58,096 bases of DNA from a virus, in the IMG/VR virus record IMGVR_UViG_3300027609_000006, positions 1 through 58,096 of that record, one strand, 5' to 3'. Positions 7,599 through 15,451 of this stretch are shown in pieces. The notes under the pieces were generated by a model. It was not told the origin of the DNA. It did no database searches and was given only the letters and a program-made list of their open reading frames with translations. Made by a program: the position numbers and the translations under genes. Every line of letters begins with the position of its first letter. The first letter of the stretch is position 1.

Positions 7599-7807
7599 TG
7601 GCGACAATCACGATAATGCTGTCTGTCCAGGATTGCGGAGACAATGAGTATCTAGTGCGCGCGGTGGAGACTGGCGGGACGTTTTCAACTAAAATGGCGC
7701 GAGGTTTCGATGGGGCTATATCGGTCGCCGTCGACACGGTTGCTTTGCTTATGGAGGCCGAAAGAAGCACCTGGCGGGAGATCAATAATCTCGGGACTTC
7801 CGAATGA
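7598..7807 (+). CDS. Hypothetical protein
   Basis: ATG overlaps the upstream TGA (TGATG). Sequence MATITIMLSVQDCG. Confidence 0.5.
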   Translation: MATITIMLSVQDCGDNEYLVRAVETGGTFSTKMARGFDGAISVAVDTVALLMEAERSTWREINNLGTSE

Positions 7808-8076
7808 TCCGGCCTGTGGAATTGAAGCGGCTGTCTATTTGTCCATGCGGTTTTAGTACGTTGCGCGATGATATTTCGATCGGTAAAATCTACAATCTTG
7901 AAACATCCAGTTTGAACCGGGCGTTGTACGTATGCGGCGGGTGCCATCGCGGATTCAAGGTTGATGTGATCCAAGCCGACAATGGTCTCTGGCTTCCGCG
8001 CGATCTATTTACGCCCCTAGCGCGAACGGAAGAGCAGTCGGCAAAACCGGGATCCGAGGAGAGCGCCAACCCATGA
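7804..8076 (+). CDS. Zinc-finger protein (paralog of 6100..6543)
   Basis: Contains CGGCHRGF. C-terminus PLARTEEQSAKP..EESANP is a d-type R arm. Confidence 0.55.
   Translation: MIRPVELKRLSICPCGFSTLRDDISIGKIYNLETSSLNRALYVCGGCHRGFKVDVIQADNGLWLPRDLFTPLARTEEQSAKPGSEESANP
8014..8072 (+). repeat. SAR arm, R-form, d-type
   Basis: CCCCTAGCGCGAACGGAAG..GAGGAGAGCGCCAACCC, then ATG 8073. Confidence 0.8.
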
Positions 8077-8459
8077 TCGCTCGCCGCACCTACCTCAAAC
8101 GCTCCTGGCTCAAGCGCAAGCCGCGCCGCCACGTCGTGCCGCCGGAGATTCTCGCCTATTGGGACTGGATCAGAACCCAGCCGTGTGCGGTGTGCGGATG
8201 TCGACGGGTCATCGAAGTAGCCCATGTCGGGATGCGCGGACTCGGACAACTCTGCAACGGGTGGGAGGTCCTGCCGTTCTGTAAAATCCACCATGAGCGA
8301 GGTTATCCGACTTCGCATCACGATCTCGGAAAACGATTCTGGGTTTTTCACAATCTGGACAGGTACGAGCTGATTCGAAGGTATCGGTTACGATATTTCG
8401 GCCTCACCGGGATTTCGTCTGCGATAGAAGGCTGCTCGTTCGACAGGGAGGCAGCGTGA
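8073..8459 (+). CDS. HNH/DUF968-like putative nuclease
   Basis: CAVCG..EVAHV..LPFCKIHHERG pattern. C-terminal tail is encoded by an F-form arm. Confidence 0.45.
   Translation: MIARRTYLKRSWLKRKPRRHVVPPEILAYWDWIRTQPCAVCGCRRVIEVAHVGMRGLGQLCNGWEVLPFCKIHHERGYPTSHHDLGKRFWVFHNLDRYELIRRYRLRYFGLTGISSAIEGCSFDREAA
8396..8451 (+). repeat. SAR arm, F-form
   Basis: TTTCGGCCTCACCGG..CTCGTTCGACAGGGAGG, 4 nt before GTG 8456. Confidence 0.8.
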
Positions 8460-9220
8460 GCACTGATCCTAGCCTAATCTGGAGCTGTGGTGGTGGAACT
8501 CAAAGCGGGGCGATTGCGGCGCTCATCAAGAGGGGGAAACTGGCCCGTCCCGACATCGCGTTCATGATAAATACGGGGCGGGAACGGTCTTCGACGTGGC
8601 CTTTTGTCGACGGATTCATACGCCCGGCGCTCGCCGAAGTCGGATTGGAATTGCAAATCGTGAACAAGTCCGATTTCGCGACCGTTGATCTGTTCAGCCA
8701 TAAGGGATCTGTCTTGATGCCCGGCTTTACGAACATCAACGGTACAGTCGGCAAGTTGGACCCATACTGTTCCGGCGAGTGGAAACGCGAAGTTGGGATG
8801 CGCTGGTTGCGGTCCATCGGCGTTCAAAAAGCCACGATGTGGATCGGGATTTCCATAGACGAAGCCAGCCGCATCAGAAATCAGCGCGTCAAATGGCTTT
8901 CGCTTTTCTACCCCCTCATCTTCACGATTCCGACCCGGCGCTACCAGTGTGTCGATATGATTCGTGCGGAAGGTTGGACGGGCCATATTCCGCATTCTGC
9001 CTGCTTCATGTGTCCGAACCTGAGCGATGCGGAATGGATCGACATGAAGATGAACTGGCCGGAAGATTTCGCGCTTGCGTGCTCCCTCGAAACCGAAGTG
9101 CGAATCAAAGATGCGAACTTCTTTTTGCATCCCTCCTGCGTTCCGCTTGCGGAAGTCGACTTCTTCGCGCAGTCCACAATGTTTCCCGAACGCGGCTGCA
9201 CGCAAGGATGTTTCACTTAG
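8456..9220 (+). CDS. PAPS-reductase/PP-loop ATP-pyrophosphatase-like protein
   Basis: N-terminal WSCGGGTQS resembles the SGGKDS PP-loop. Size and layout are typical of phage PAPS-reductase-family proteins. Confidence 0.5.
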   Translation: MSTDPSLIWSCGGGTQSGAIAALIKRGKLARPDIAFMINTGRERSSTWPFVDGFIRPALAEVGLELQIVNKSDFATVDLFSHKGSVLMPGFTNINGTVGKLDPYCSGEWKREVGMRWLRSIGVQKATMWIGISIDEASRIRNQRVKWLSLFYPLIFTIPTRRYQCVDMIRAEGWTGHIPHSACFMCPNLSDAEWIDMKMNWPEDFALACSLETEVRIKDANFFLHPSCVPLAEVDFFAQSTMFPERGCTQGCFT

Positions 9221-9227
9221 CCTGAAC

Positions 9228-9274
9228 CTAAGGCGAAATCCGCCACAAAACAGTACTCCCGCTCTATTTGCGCA
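9228..9274 (+). promoter_or_regulatory. Bipartite conserved intergenic motif, copy B
   Basis: CTAAGGCGAA-N14-AGTACTCCCGCTCTATTTGCGCA, 28 nt before ATG 9302. Confidence 0.5.
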
Positions 9275-9301
9275 GCATCCGACCAGCCGCATAATCGAAG
9301 C

Positions 9302-9712
9302 ATGAAACACGCACTTTGCTTTCTCGCTGGCACGGTCTTAACGACAATCGCAGTGGTCCTCAACGGCGGCCACGTCCTCGGCTTCGCGATTCTCGGCTTC
9401 CTGGTCGCCTGCTCGCTCCTCACCGCAATTCTCTACTTCGCAGGCCTCCGCCGCACGGCGCGGTTTTTGAATGCGCTCATGGACGCGCTGGAGGGCACGA
9501 AGGCGGCTAGCCCGGCGCGCGTTACCGATCGCTCGGGCTACGTGAAGCCGTCCCGGAAGAATCAGATTCAGATAGTCGCGGATACGATCGAAGAGTACAA
9601 GGCCCGGCAGTCGGAGCGGCACGTGGGACGCGAGATTGACCCGGTGACGGCGGCGGTGCTCCGCGATCCTGAATTGTTCGGTGAGAATGAGAGCAAAGGG
9701 AAGGTGGCGTGA
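9302..9712 (+). CDS. Membrane protein
   Basis: Two N-terminal hydrophobic helices. Confidence 0.6.
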   Translation: MKHALCFLAGTVLTTIAVVLNGGHVLGFAILGFLVACSLLTAILYFAGLRRTARFLNALMDALEGTKAASPARVTDRSGYVKPSRKNQIQIVADTIEEYKARQSERHVGREIDPVTAAVLRDPELFGENESKGKVA

Positions 9713-9924
9713 ACGATCCGCGCGGGCCAATCCGAGAGATCGTCTCCATCGAAGAACGATCAGATGCCACAATGATCACAATGAGCTGCGGACATACCGG
9801 AAGATTCAATCAGATTTTCCACTACAAGATCGGTGCAAGTGTGCATTGTTTTCAGTGCGGCCAATTGGAAAAGTACTCCTCCTGGTCGGGCGATCCAGTA
9901 CTGAGGCCGAAGGACCGGACTTGA
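9709..9924 (+). CDS. Small Cys protein
   Basis: GTGA overlap with the upstream ORF. Contains SCGH..CFQCG. Confidence 0.5.
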   Translation: MNDPRGPIREIVSIEERSDATMITMSCGHTGRFNQIFHYKIGASVHCFQCGQLEKYSSWSGDPVLRPKDRT

Positions 9925-9936
9925 CGGAGGCCAAAT
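9876..9936 (+). repeat. SAR arm, R-form (orphan at operon end)
   Basis: CTCCTCCTGGTCGGGCG..TTGACGGAGGCCAAATAA. No gene follows. Confidence 0.8.
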
Positions 9937-9992
9937 AATCATCTACAATATCCCCGTTTGTATCCTCCGATGTGAAACTCGCCTCACGGCAA

Positions 9993-10019
9993 CCGGGTCA
10001 GAAATGGCCCGGTATTTTT
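9993..10019 (+). terminator. Rho-independent-type terminator between convergent genes
   Basis: CCGGGTC-AGAAAT-GGCCCGG followed by TATTTTT. Confidence 0.6.
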
Positions 10020-10377
10020 ACGCTCCGATAAAATTCCACATAGGCACGGTCGCATCTGGGACAGATGCCCATTTCATCACGTCCGCGATGTAGGCCGAGT
10101 CGTTATTGTGGTCCGCTCCCGGTGCGAAACCCGCGTAAATGTTGGGCGCCCCGGCGATGAACTGGGTTAGCGTGTTCCCCTCGGCGATGTGCAGGGCCAC
10201 CAGGTGCGCAAGGCCGGCCACTCCTTCAGCGCGTGATGATGGTTTCCAGAATCCCGAGACGATCACGGGTCCATCAAGCCATGGGGCGCCGCGCAAATTT
10301 CCAGGATTATCCGCGAGTGCCGGCTCACCTTCCTGCCGGATGATTGCGTTTACGATGCGCTCGATGAGGTCGTTCAT
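10018..10377 (-). CDS. Conserved-domain protein (EG..NPGNL family, paralog of 56450..57058)
   Basis: IRQEGEPALADNPGNLRG..TLTQFIAG..YAGFAP aligns with 56450..57058. Function unknown, possibly cell-wall related. Confidence 0.55.
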   Translation of the reverse strand: MNDLIERIVNAIIRQEGEPALADNPGNLRGAPWLDGPVIVSGFWKPSSRAEGVAGLAHLVALHIAEGNTLTQFIAGAPNIYAGFAPGADHNNDSAYIADVMKWASVPDATVPMWNFIGA

Positions 10378-10388
10378 AGGTGCTGAGA

Positions 10389-10447
10389 TTTTAGCCTCAT
10401 TGTAGTTCGGTTTGCAACCGGATTCGAGAGCGTTCGACCACGTCGGG
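10389..10447 (-). repeat. SAR arm, R-form
   Basis: Minus strand CCCGACGTGGTCGAACGCTC..CAATGAGGCTAAAATC, 12 nt before ATG 10377. Confidence 0.8.
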
Positions 10448-10472
10448 TTGTTTCGAGTACGGAAAACCAAAC

Positions 10473-10516
10473 TTGACAACTTAGGATCTTTCGGAGTATC
10501 TTTTCTGTGCTACAAT
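10473..10516 (+). promoter_or_regulatory. Candidate sigma70-type promoters for the replication operon
   Basis: TTGACA (10473) N18 TATCTT, then extended -10 TGCTACAAT (10508..10516). Confidence 0.4.
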
Positions 10517-10606
10517 TTCGAAGACGGAAATAAGCTCCCCGTCTAGTCCGCTCGCGGGGCCGGTGCCACGAACGCCGGCTCCAACCTTTTTCGTGGAAAG
10601 GCTGGG

Positions 10607-11422
10607 ATGTCTATTTATCGAATATGCAATTGGAATCACCGTTTCGAAAACTCCTCCAGTAGAAAATTAAAACGCCTTGATTGGGTAGCTCTTCCGAATG
10701 CGATGGATATCGAGGGCTACATCGTCCTTGTCGATCACCCCAACGGAGCCGCTCATTTTGGTGCGTGGATCGCTATCGTCCAGATCGCTTCGAAGCAAGA
10801 TCCGCGTGGCACTCTGCCAAATGGGAAAACTTCCCAGTCGCTTGGCGGAATCTGCCAATCACTCGGCAGAATCTCCCGGTTGCCCGCCGGTTTATTCGAA
10901 GAAGTTCTACCTCGTCTAATAGAGATAGGATTTTTGGAAATATCGGCAGAATCTCCCGGTACGTCGGCAGATTCTCCCGGTACGTCGGCAGATTCTCCCG
11001 GTACGTCGGCAAAATCCGCCGATACAGACATACATACAGGGAAGACAGACAAACAGACAGAACAGAGAAAGACTGTTGAAACTAGTAGTTCTATTTCAAA
11101 CCAGAAAATACATGCGCATATGCAAAACGAAAATGGCGCGCACGGCTGGGCCGAATTCGCGGAAGCCTACATCGCAACCGGACGGGAAACAACAGCAGCC
11201 GATCTCGCCAACTCGAAACCGGTCTGGACAAAACTCAGTTTGGGAGATCAGGTCGCCTGCCTCAGCGGGATTCGCCGCGACATCGAGCACCATAAATATT
11301 CCGAGCCGGCATTCTGGCCAAAACCCAAAAAATACCTTCTCGAACGGGAATGGACGCGAGGTCCGCAGGCGCCAAAGAAAAATTCAAAACGAAATTTACT
11401 GGAGGGAGTTTTCGATGCTTAA
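10607..11422 (+). CDS. Replisome-organizer-like replication initiator (carries internal iterons)
   Basis: N-terminus W.ALPN..G..FGAWIAIVQIASK..RGTL..LPRLIEIGFLE fits the Phage_rep_org_N pattern. The middle holds SPGTSAD x3, encoded by 21-bp iterons. Confidence 0.5.
   Translation: MSIYRICNWNHRFENSSSRKLKRLDWVALPNAMDIEGYIVLVDHPNGAAHFGAWIAIVQIASKQDPRGTLPNGKTSQSLGGICQSLGRISRLPAGLFEEVLPRLIEIGFLEISAESPGTSADSPGTSADSPGTSAKSADTDIHTGKTDKQTEQRKTVETSSSISNQKIHAHMQNENGAHGWAEFAEAYIATGRETTAADLANSKPVWTKLSLGDQVACLSGIRRDIEHHKYSEPAFWPKPKKYLLEREWTRGPQAPKKNSKRNLLEGVFDA
10842..10883. repeat. Two degenerate 21-bp iteron copies
   Basis: TTGGCGGAATCTGCCAATCAC and TCGGCAGAATCTCCCGGTTGC. Confidence 0.6.
10943..11005. 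repeat. Three tandem 21-bp iterons, TCGGCAGA(A/T)TCTCCCGGTACG
   Basis: Copies at 10943, 10964 and 10985, plus a degenerate fourth to 11026. Followed by an A-rich ACAGAC-repeat tract to about 11130. Confidence 0.85.
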
Positions 11423-11957
11423 ATATTTAATCGGCGCGACCGATCCGGTGTGGGGCGAACTCATGAAACAGATCACCCGGCTCGAGCAACTCGATAAGTT
11501 TCCGTTTGGTCCGGAGGCCAAGAAAGATTTGGGCGCCGCGCTCGCGAACGCGGAATCGCTTGACGAAGCTCGGTTCACGATCGATGAATTCGTGCAGGGC
11601 GCCAGAGCTGGCGAAAAGTGTCCACTGTCGGGCGACATTGTGGCGTTGATCCAACAGCGGCATGCGCGCTCGCATCCGGTACTTGTGATGCCGGCCGCAG
11701 AAACACAGGCGCCGAAGAGCACGCATTGCGGCAAGTGCCAGGGCTTCGGATATTTCGGCGGCTACATCGGCGGCGGCCGGCACGCGCCGTGGGAATGGTG
11801 CGATTGCAGGAACGCGCAGCGAGCTTGCTACGAATCACCGGACCTGGTCGATGAAGCGAATCGCGTTCGCGAAAAACTGATCAAGCGTTTCGCCGGCCGG
11901 TTGTCATCGATGGTCACCACCGACGGATTACGCGACGAATCTCGCGGAGACTTCTGA
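11415..11957 (+). CDS. Hypothetical protein (replication module)
   Basis: GGAGGGAG lies 6 nt before the ATG. Contains CGKCQGFGYFGG. Confidence 0.6.
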   Translation: MLKYLIGATDPVWGELMKQITRLEQLDKFPFGPEAKKDLGAALANAESLDEARFTIDEFVQGARAGEKCPLSGDIVALIQQRHARSHPVLVMPAAETQAPKSTHCGKCQGFGYFGGYIGGGRHAPWEWCDCRNAQRACYESPDLVDEANRVREKLIKRFAGRLSSMVTTDGLRDESRGDF

Positions 11958-11962
11958 TCGCG

Positions 11963-12172
11963 ATGGAACCGACGCGCACCTCGCGTGATTTAAAAATTCT
12001 CCGGAGCGAAGATCGACTCCGCGCCGTGCTCAATCTTCCGCCGCGCCAGCCAATCACGATTCACGGACCCGGTAAACGATCGCCAGAGGAAACCGCCCGT
12101 CTGATCGCCGATCTGGAGGCGAAAACCGGGATCAAACACGATTTTGCCACCGGCAACCCGCCAAAGTCTTAA
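11963..12172 (+). CDS. Hypothetical protein
   Basis: ORF track. Confidence 0.5.
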   Translation: MEPTRTSRDLKILRSEDRLRAVLNLPPRQPITIHGPGKRSPEETARLIADLEAKTGIKHDFATGNPPKS

Positions 12173-12182
12173 TACAATCCAT

Positions 12183-12210
12183 GCGTGGACGCTTGTAGAT
12201 GCGTCCACGC
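12183..12210 (+). promoter_or_regulatory. Perfect 10-bp-stem hairpin (attenuator, operator or terminator)
   Basis: GCGTGGACGC-TTGTAGAT-GCGTCCACGC. TAGAAT follows at 12217. Confidence 0.45.
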
Positions 12211-12230
12211 AAGGTGTAGAATGTTTTTGG

Positions 12231-12698
12231 ATGCCAAGTACCAGACAGTCCTTAAAAACGCGTCTGACGACGCCGGGAGCCGAAACGCTCAAGCGAAAAA
12301 AGAGGCCAAAACCGCCCGCCGCGCCAGTCGCCAAAAAGAAGTGGCCGAAACGCAGATGTGACAACTGCGGCGATTGGTTCGACAAAAAACGAAAGACGCA
12401 AAAATTCTGCCCTAAAAACAACGGCGCATGCCGAAAAGAATTTTTCCGTTACGGAGCTGCATTTGGTCCACTGAAACTCGGTTTAGAAAAAACCATCGAG
12501 AAAAAATGCGCCGGCCTCCGTGCTCAGGTTGCCGAGCAGTTGAGAATCGCCGCCGATGTAATCGCGAAGTTGGAAACGCGAATAGCTCGCATTGAACAAC
12601 TCTGCGAGGGCGTCCAAAAACAAGAAGCGTACGAGCGCGAGTTCAGCCTCGCGAATGTCGAACGCTCAGAAAGACGCGCGAAGCAGAATGCCGGATGA
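12231..12698 (+). CDS. Basic zinc-ribbon plus coiled-coil protein
   Basis: KKKWPKRRCDNCGDWF..FCPKNNGACRKEFF. Confidence 0.6.
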   Translation: MPSTRQSLKTRLTTPGAETLKRKKRPKPPAAPVAKKKWPKRRCDNCGDWFDKKRKTQKFCPKNNGACRKEFFRYGAAFGPLKLGLEKTIEKKCAGLRAQVAEQLRIAADVIAKLETRIARIEQLCEGVQKQEAYEREFSLANVERSERRAKQNAG

Positions 12699-12707
12699 GG
12701 CCAAACC
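12653..12707 (+). repeat. SAR arm, R-form
   Basis: GAATGTCGAACGCTC..CCGGATGAGGCCAAACC. Confidence 0.8.
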
Positions 12708-12711
12708 ATCA

Positions 12712-12900
12712 TTGGTTCCTGTTGAGCAAAATCTCGATGCTCTACAAAAATGGTTTGGTCCCAAATGGACATGGACGCAGATGGCCGAATGGATTGAGGC
12801 ACGGGCTAGGAGTTCTGAGATGCCCAGATTCGCGGTCAATTGGAGTGGTGAGTTTTTGAGGATGAGAAGAGAGCAGGAGAAGATGTGGAAGGGTGAGTAG
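12712..12900 (+). CDS. Small hypothetical protein (TTG start, uncertain)
   Basis: First in-frame start after GAGGCCAAACCATCA. Confidence 0.35.
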   Translation: MVPVEQNLDALQKWFGPKWTWTQMAEWIEARARSSEMPRFAVNWSGEFLRMRREQEKMWKGE

Positions 12901-12908
12901 GTGATGAT

Positions 12909-12965
12909 GGTTTGGCCTCACCGCTATTGAGATCGGGCGTCGGGGCCGTGGGTTCGACATGGAGG
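12909..12965 (+). repeat. SAR arm, F-form
   Basis: GGTTTGGCCTCACCGC..GTGGGTTCGACATGGAGG, 3 nt before ATG 12969. Confidence 0.85.
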
Positions 12966-12968
12966 TTT

Positions 12969-13469
12969 ATGGATTGGCGCGAAAATGATAGAATCTGCTC
13001 CGCTGTTTTGTTCGGACGACCGTTCGAGGGAAAACCAAAATTGGAACAACCTCCACCACAAATCGAACATCGGGACCGCATTGTCGAAGCGCCGCCGCCA
13101 ATTTCGAAAATAGAAATAATCCACGCCGTGGAAGAGGACCTCCGCCAAGAGATATCGGTCCTTCGCCATGATATGCAGGAGTTGAGGGATCACGAACGGA
13201 TCGCCAAATTGGAAGGGGAAGAATTACGGGACAGAATCGCTCGCGAAGCAGAGGATCGCGAACGCAATATCTCAATCGATGTCGTTAGGCATCAACTCCA
13301 AAACCACGGCGGGCGATTCCTCTCGGTTCGGGACCTTTTGCTCGAAGGAACCCTCTCGAAGAGCGCAATCGAATACGCGATTTCAGAACTCGATAAAACT
13401 GGCGCTCTTGTGTGGGAGCGACAGGGAAGCGAGAAGATTTATCAGCTGAGCCAGCGGAGAATTTTATGA
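12969..13469 (+). CDS. Coiled-coil protein with C-terminal winged-helix-like domain
   Basis: LSVRDLLLEGTLSKSAIEYAISELDKTGALVWERQG. Confidence 0.5.
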   Translation: MDWRENDRICSAVLFGRPFEGKPKLEQPPPQIEHRDRIVEAPPPISKIEIIHAVEEDLRQEISVLRHDMQELRDHERIAKLEGEELRDRIAREAEDRERNISIDVVRHQLQNHGGRFLSVRDLLLEGTLSKSAIEYAISELDKTGALVWERQGSEKIYQLSQRRIL

Positions 13470-13885
13470 GCGATGGATGCGGTGTCTGTATTAGCGGGTC
13501 CGATTACGATGAGGGACCAGAGTTCTACGAAGCGATTGAGGTGAAAGCGAGAAAGCCCCATGTATGCGGCGAATGCCATCGCGCGATTCCAAAGGGAACC
13601 ATCTATGAGCGCGTCACGGGAAAATGGGAAGGTGATGTTAAGACAATTAAAACTTGCCTCGATTGCATGAATATTCGTGATGGGCTTTCATGTGATGGCG
13701 GATTCACCCACGGTACCCTTTGGGAAAGTATCCGCGAGGTTTTCGATCAGATGAATACAGGATGTCTCGCTAAAATAGAGACTGCATCCGCAAAGGCATA
13801 TCTCGTTTCGCGCTGGAGAAAATGGAAAGGGCTAGACAAGATCACCCATGTCGAGCCCGCACAACCTGACGTGAAAACGGATTAG
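13466..13885 (+). CDS. Cys-rich hypothetical protein
   Basis: ATGA overlap with the upstream ORF. Contains CGVC..CGECH..CLDC. Confidence 0.6.
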   Translation: MSDGCGVCISGSDYDEGPEFYEAIEVKARKPHVCGECHRAIPKGTIYERVTGKWEGDVKTIKTCLDCMNIRDGLSCDGGFTHGTLWESIREVFDQMNTGCLAKIETASAKAYLVSRWRKWKGLDKITHVEPAQPDVKTD

Positions 13886-13890
13886 CGGTG
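13845..13890 (+). repeat. SAR arm, R-form, 3'-truncated
   Basis: CCCATGTCGAGCCCGCACAACCTGACGTGAAAACGGATTAGCGGTG. It shares an identical 27-nt core with arm 56382..56438 but lacks the AGGCCAAA end. The accessory island starts here. Confidence 0.7.
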
Positions 13891-13929
13891 TTATGAAGCC
13901 ACGCCAGCGCAGAGGAAAACGAAAAAGTG

Positions 13930-14799
13930 TTACCGCTGGGAGGCTATGAGTCTTTCGGTAAATGCTTCCAGTTCGCGCCGTTTCCAATCATGAGTAAAGG
14001 TTCTGACTTGCATAAGCCTTGTCATATTGTCGTCTACCGTACCATCCTCGTAATATCGCCGATGATGCCAACAAAGAACATCAGCCATCTGGAGGGGGTT
14101 GCGCGTGATCGGATCAACAGGCAGTACGTCGCCAATCAAGCCAGGTTCAGGCCAGCGCTTGTGCAGATCATCTACATAGGTCTTGTAGTGACCCGTTATT
14201 TTCCCGTTTCTAGACACTACAAAATCGATCTTTTCAGTATCGGGGAACAATGTTCGCGTGAAATTCAGAACAGTTTCCGCGTAAGCGAAGAAACATAGAT
14301 AATCAGGTAGATCCATGGTTCCACTGGGGACACGAATGCCTTGACTCTCAAGAAGTAGTAGCATGTCCCAGAGATCTGATCTTTGAATCACCGAAAGTAC
14401 AGAGTGTATGACTGGCGAACCAGGATGAGCACCAGCGGCGATCTCAGAGAGAAGTTCCGTTGCCAGAGAGACCTTTTCGTCTGCTTGGGCGGAAGTCAGT
14501 TTATTTTCTTTTTGGAACTCTTCGCGGCGGATCTCTCTCATGTGAAGATGTTTTATTTTTGGAGATGATGAGAGAATCCGGTTATTCCAGAGATCGGCAT
14601 ATTGTCCCCAGTAACTTTCCTTAGCGACGAACCCACCGACTAGAAATACACCTTCGATGTCGCCCGTGCCGCTCTCATCGGAAAATGCTACAAAAACCGC
14701 CAATCTTCTCTCCTGATTCAGACCGCAGAATAGCGAACGTACGAGGGACCCGGCCAATCCCGACATGCAACAATTGTTCTCTGTAGTGACCATCACCAA
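13930..14799 (-). CDS. DUF3800-like protein
   Basis: FSDESGTGD near the N-terminus and LQMADVLCW near the C-terminus, as in DUF3800. GC is visibly lower. Confidence 0.5.
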   Translation of the reverse strand: MVMVTTENNCCMSGLAGSLVRSLFCGLNQERRLAVFVAFSDESGTGDIEGVFLVGGFVAKESYWGQYADLWNNRILSSSPKIKHLHMREIRREEFQKENKLTSAQADEKVSLATELLSEIAAGAHPGSPVIHSVLSVIQRSDLWDMLLLLESQGIRVPSGTMDLPDYLCFFAYAETVLNFTRTLFPDTEKIDFVVSRNGKITGHYKTYVDDLHKRWPEPGLIGDVLPVDPITRNPLQMADVLCWHHRRYYEDGTVDDNMTRLMQVRTFTHDWKRRELEAFTERLIASQR

Positions 14800-14836
14800 A
14801 AGCCTACTTTCGTAAGCTTACAGAGTACACCCGATG

Positions 14837-15004
14837 TCAACGCAAAGACTTAAATACTATAGAACCGATCAACGGAACCAATGCGACAAACAACTGCCAT
14901 CCCTTATCCGTTGGCTCCGACATGTTCACGGTTTCGGCGTTCACATTCACCTGAATATAGTTCTGTTCAGGCAATAGTTGATCGGGTCTAAGATACTCTT
15001 TCAT
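14837..15004 (-). CDS. Small tail-anchored membrane protein
   Basis: GAGG lies 6 nt before the ATG. C-terminus WQLFVALVPLIGSIVF. Confidence 0.35.
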   Translation of the reverse strand: MKEYLRPDQLLPEQNYIQVNVNAETVNMSEPTDKGWQLFVALVPLIGSIVFKSLR

Positions 15005-15126
15005 TGGAGACCTCGCGAGGCGCACTGTTACAGCGCATGACGTGATCCGAACGAACGAGTATGGTAGGATTGCTTTGGGAAATCCCCATCTCATCCGTGC
15101 TCGAATCACGGATCGGATGAAAAGAT

Positions 15127-15152
15127 CGGGGCAGCCCCCTAAGGCTGCCCCG
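15127..15152 (-). terminator. 10-bp-stem GC hairpin
   Basis: CGGGGCAGCC-CCCTAA-GGCTGCCCCG. On the minus strand it is followed by ATCTTTTC. Confidence 0.4.
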
Positions 15153-15160
15153 TCTCAAAA

Positions 15161-15379
15161 ATGTTTCCCCTCGATTATACGCCTTTTGCGGAGTATGATG
15201 GGTTCAACATGAGACCGCTACCGCCCGCCCCAAATGTCCCTGGAAGTACGGACGCGGAACGCATGAGCAACGCTCTGAACATGGTTCTGAAGGTATCTAA
15301 AGCAGACCTGTTGAAAGAGGAAGCTCGGATCAAGGCCGCGAACGAAAAGAAGCGAGTTCCGAAGAAACCCGCTTCCTGA
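15161..15379 (+). CDS. Small protein, paralog of 43168..43329
   Basis: PPAPNVPGSTDAERM..VSKADLLKEEA versus PAPAPNVPGDTEQERM..VSKEDVVKEEA. The true start may be ATG 15209. Confidence 0.45.
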   Translation: MFPLDYTPFAEYDGFNMRPLPPAPNVPGSTDAERMSNALNMVLKVSKADLLKEEARIKAANEKKRVPKKPAS

Positions 15380-15451
15380 AATTCCACCAGCCTGTCATGT
15401 CGTAGTCTACGATAGCGGTCTGCGGCATGAGTTGTCAACTATATTCTTGCC

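Noticed and set aside
12909-12965. tRNA-like or T-loop elements, because many arms contain GGTTCGA / GTTCGAC.
   Set aside because: The flanks of the TTCGA box are not complementary, so there is no T-stem. No cloverleaf or acceptor stem can be drawn. The only convincing tRNA is at 57120..57194.
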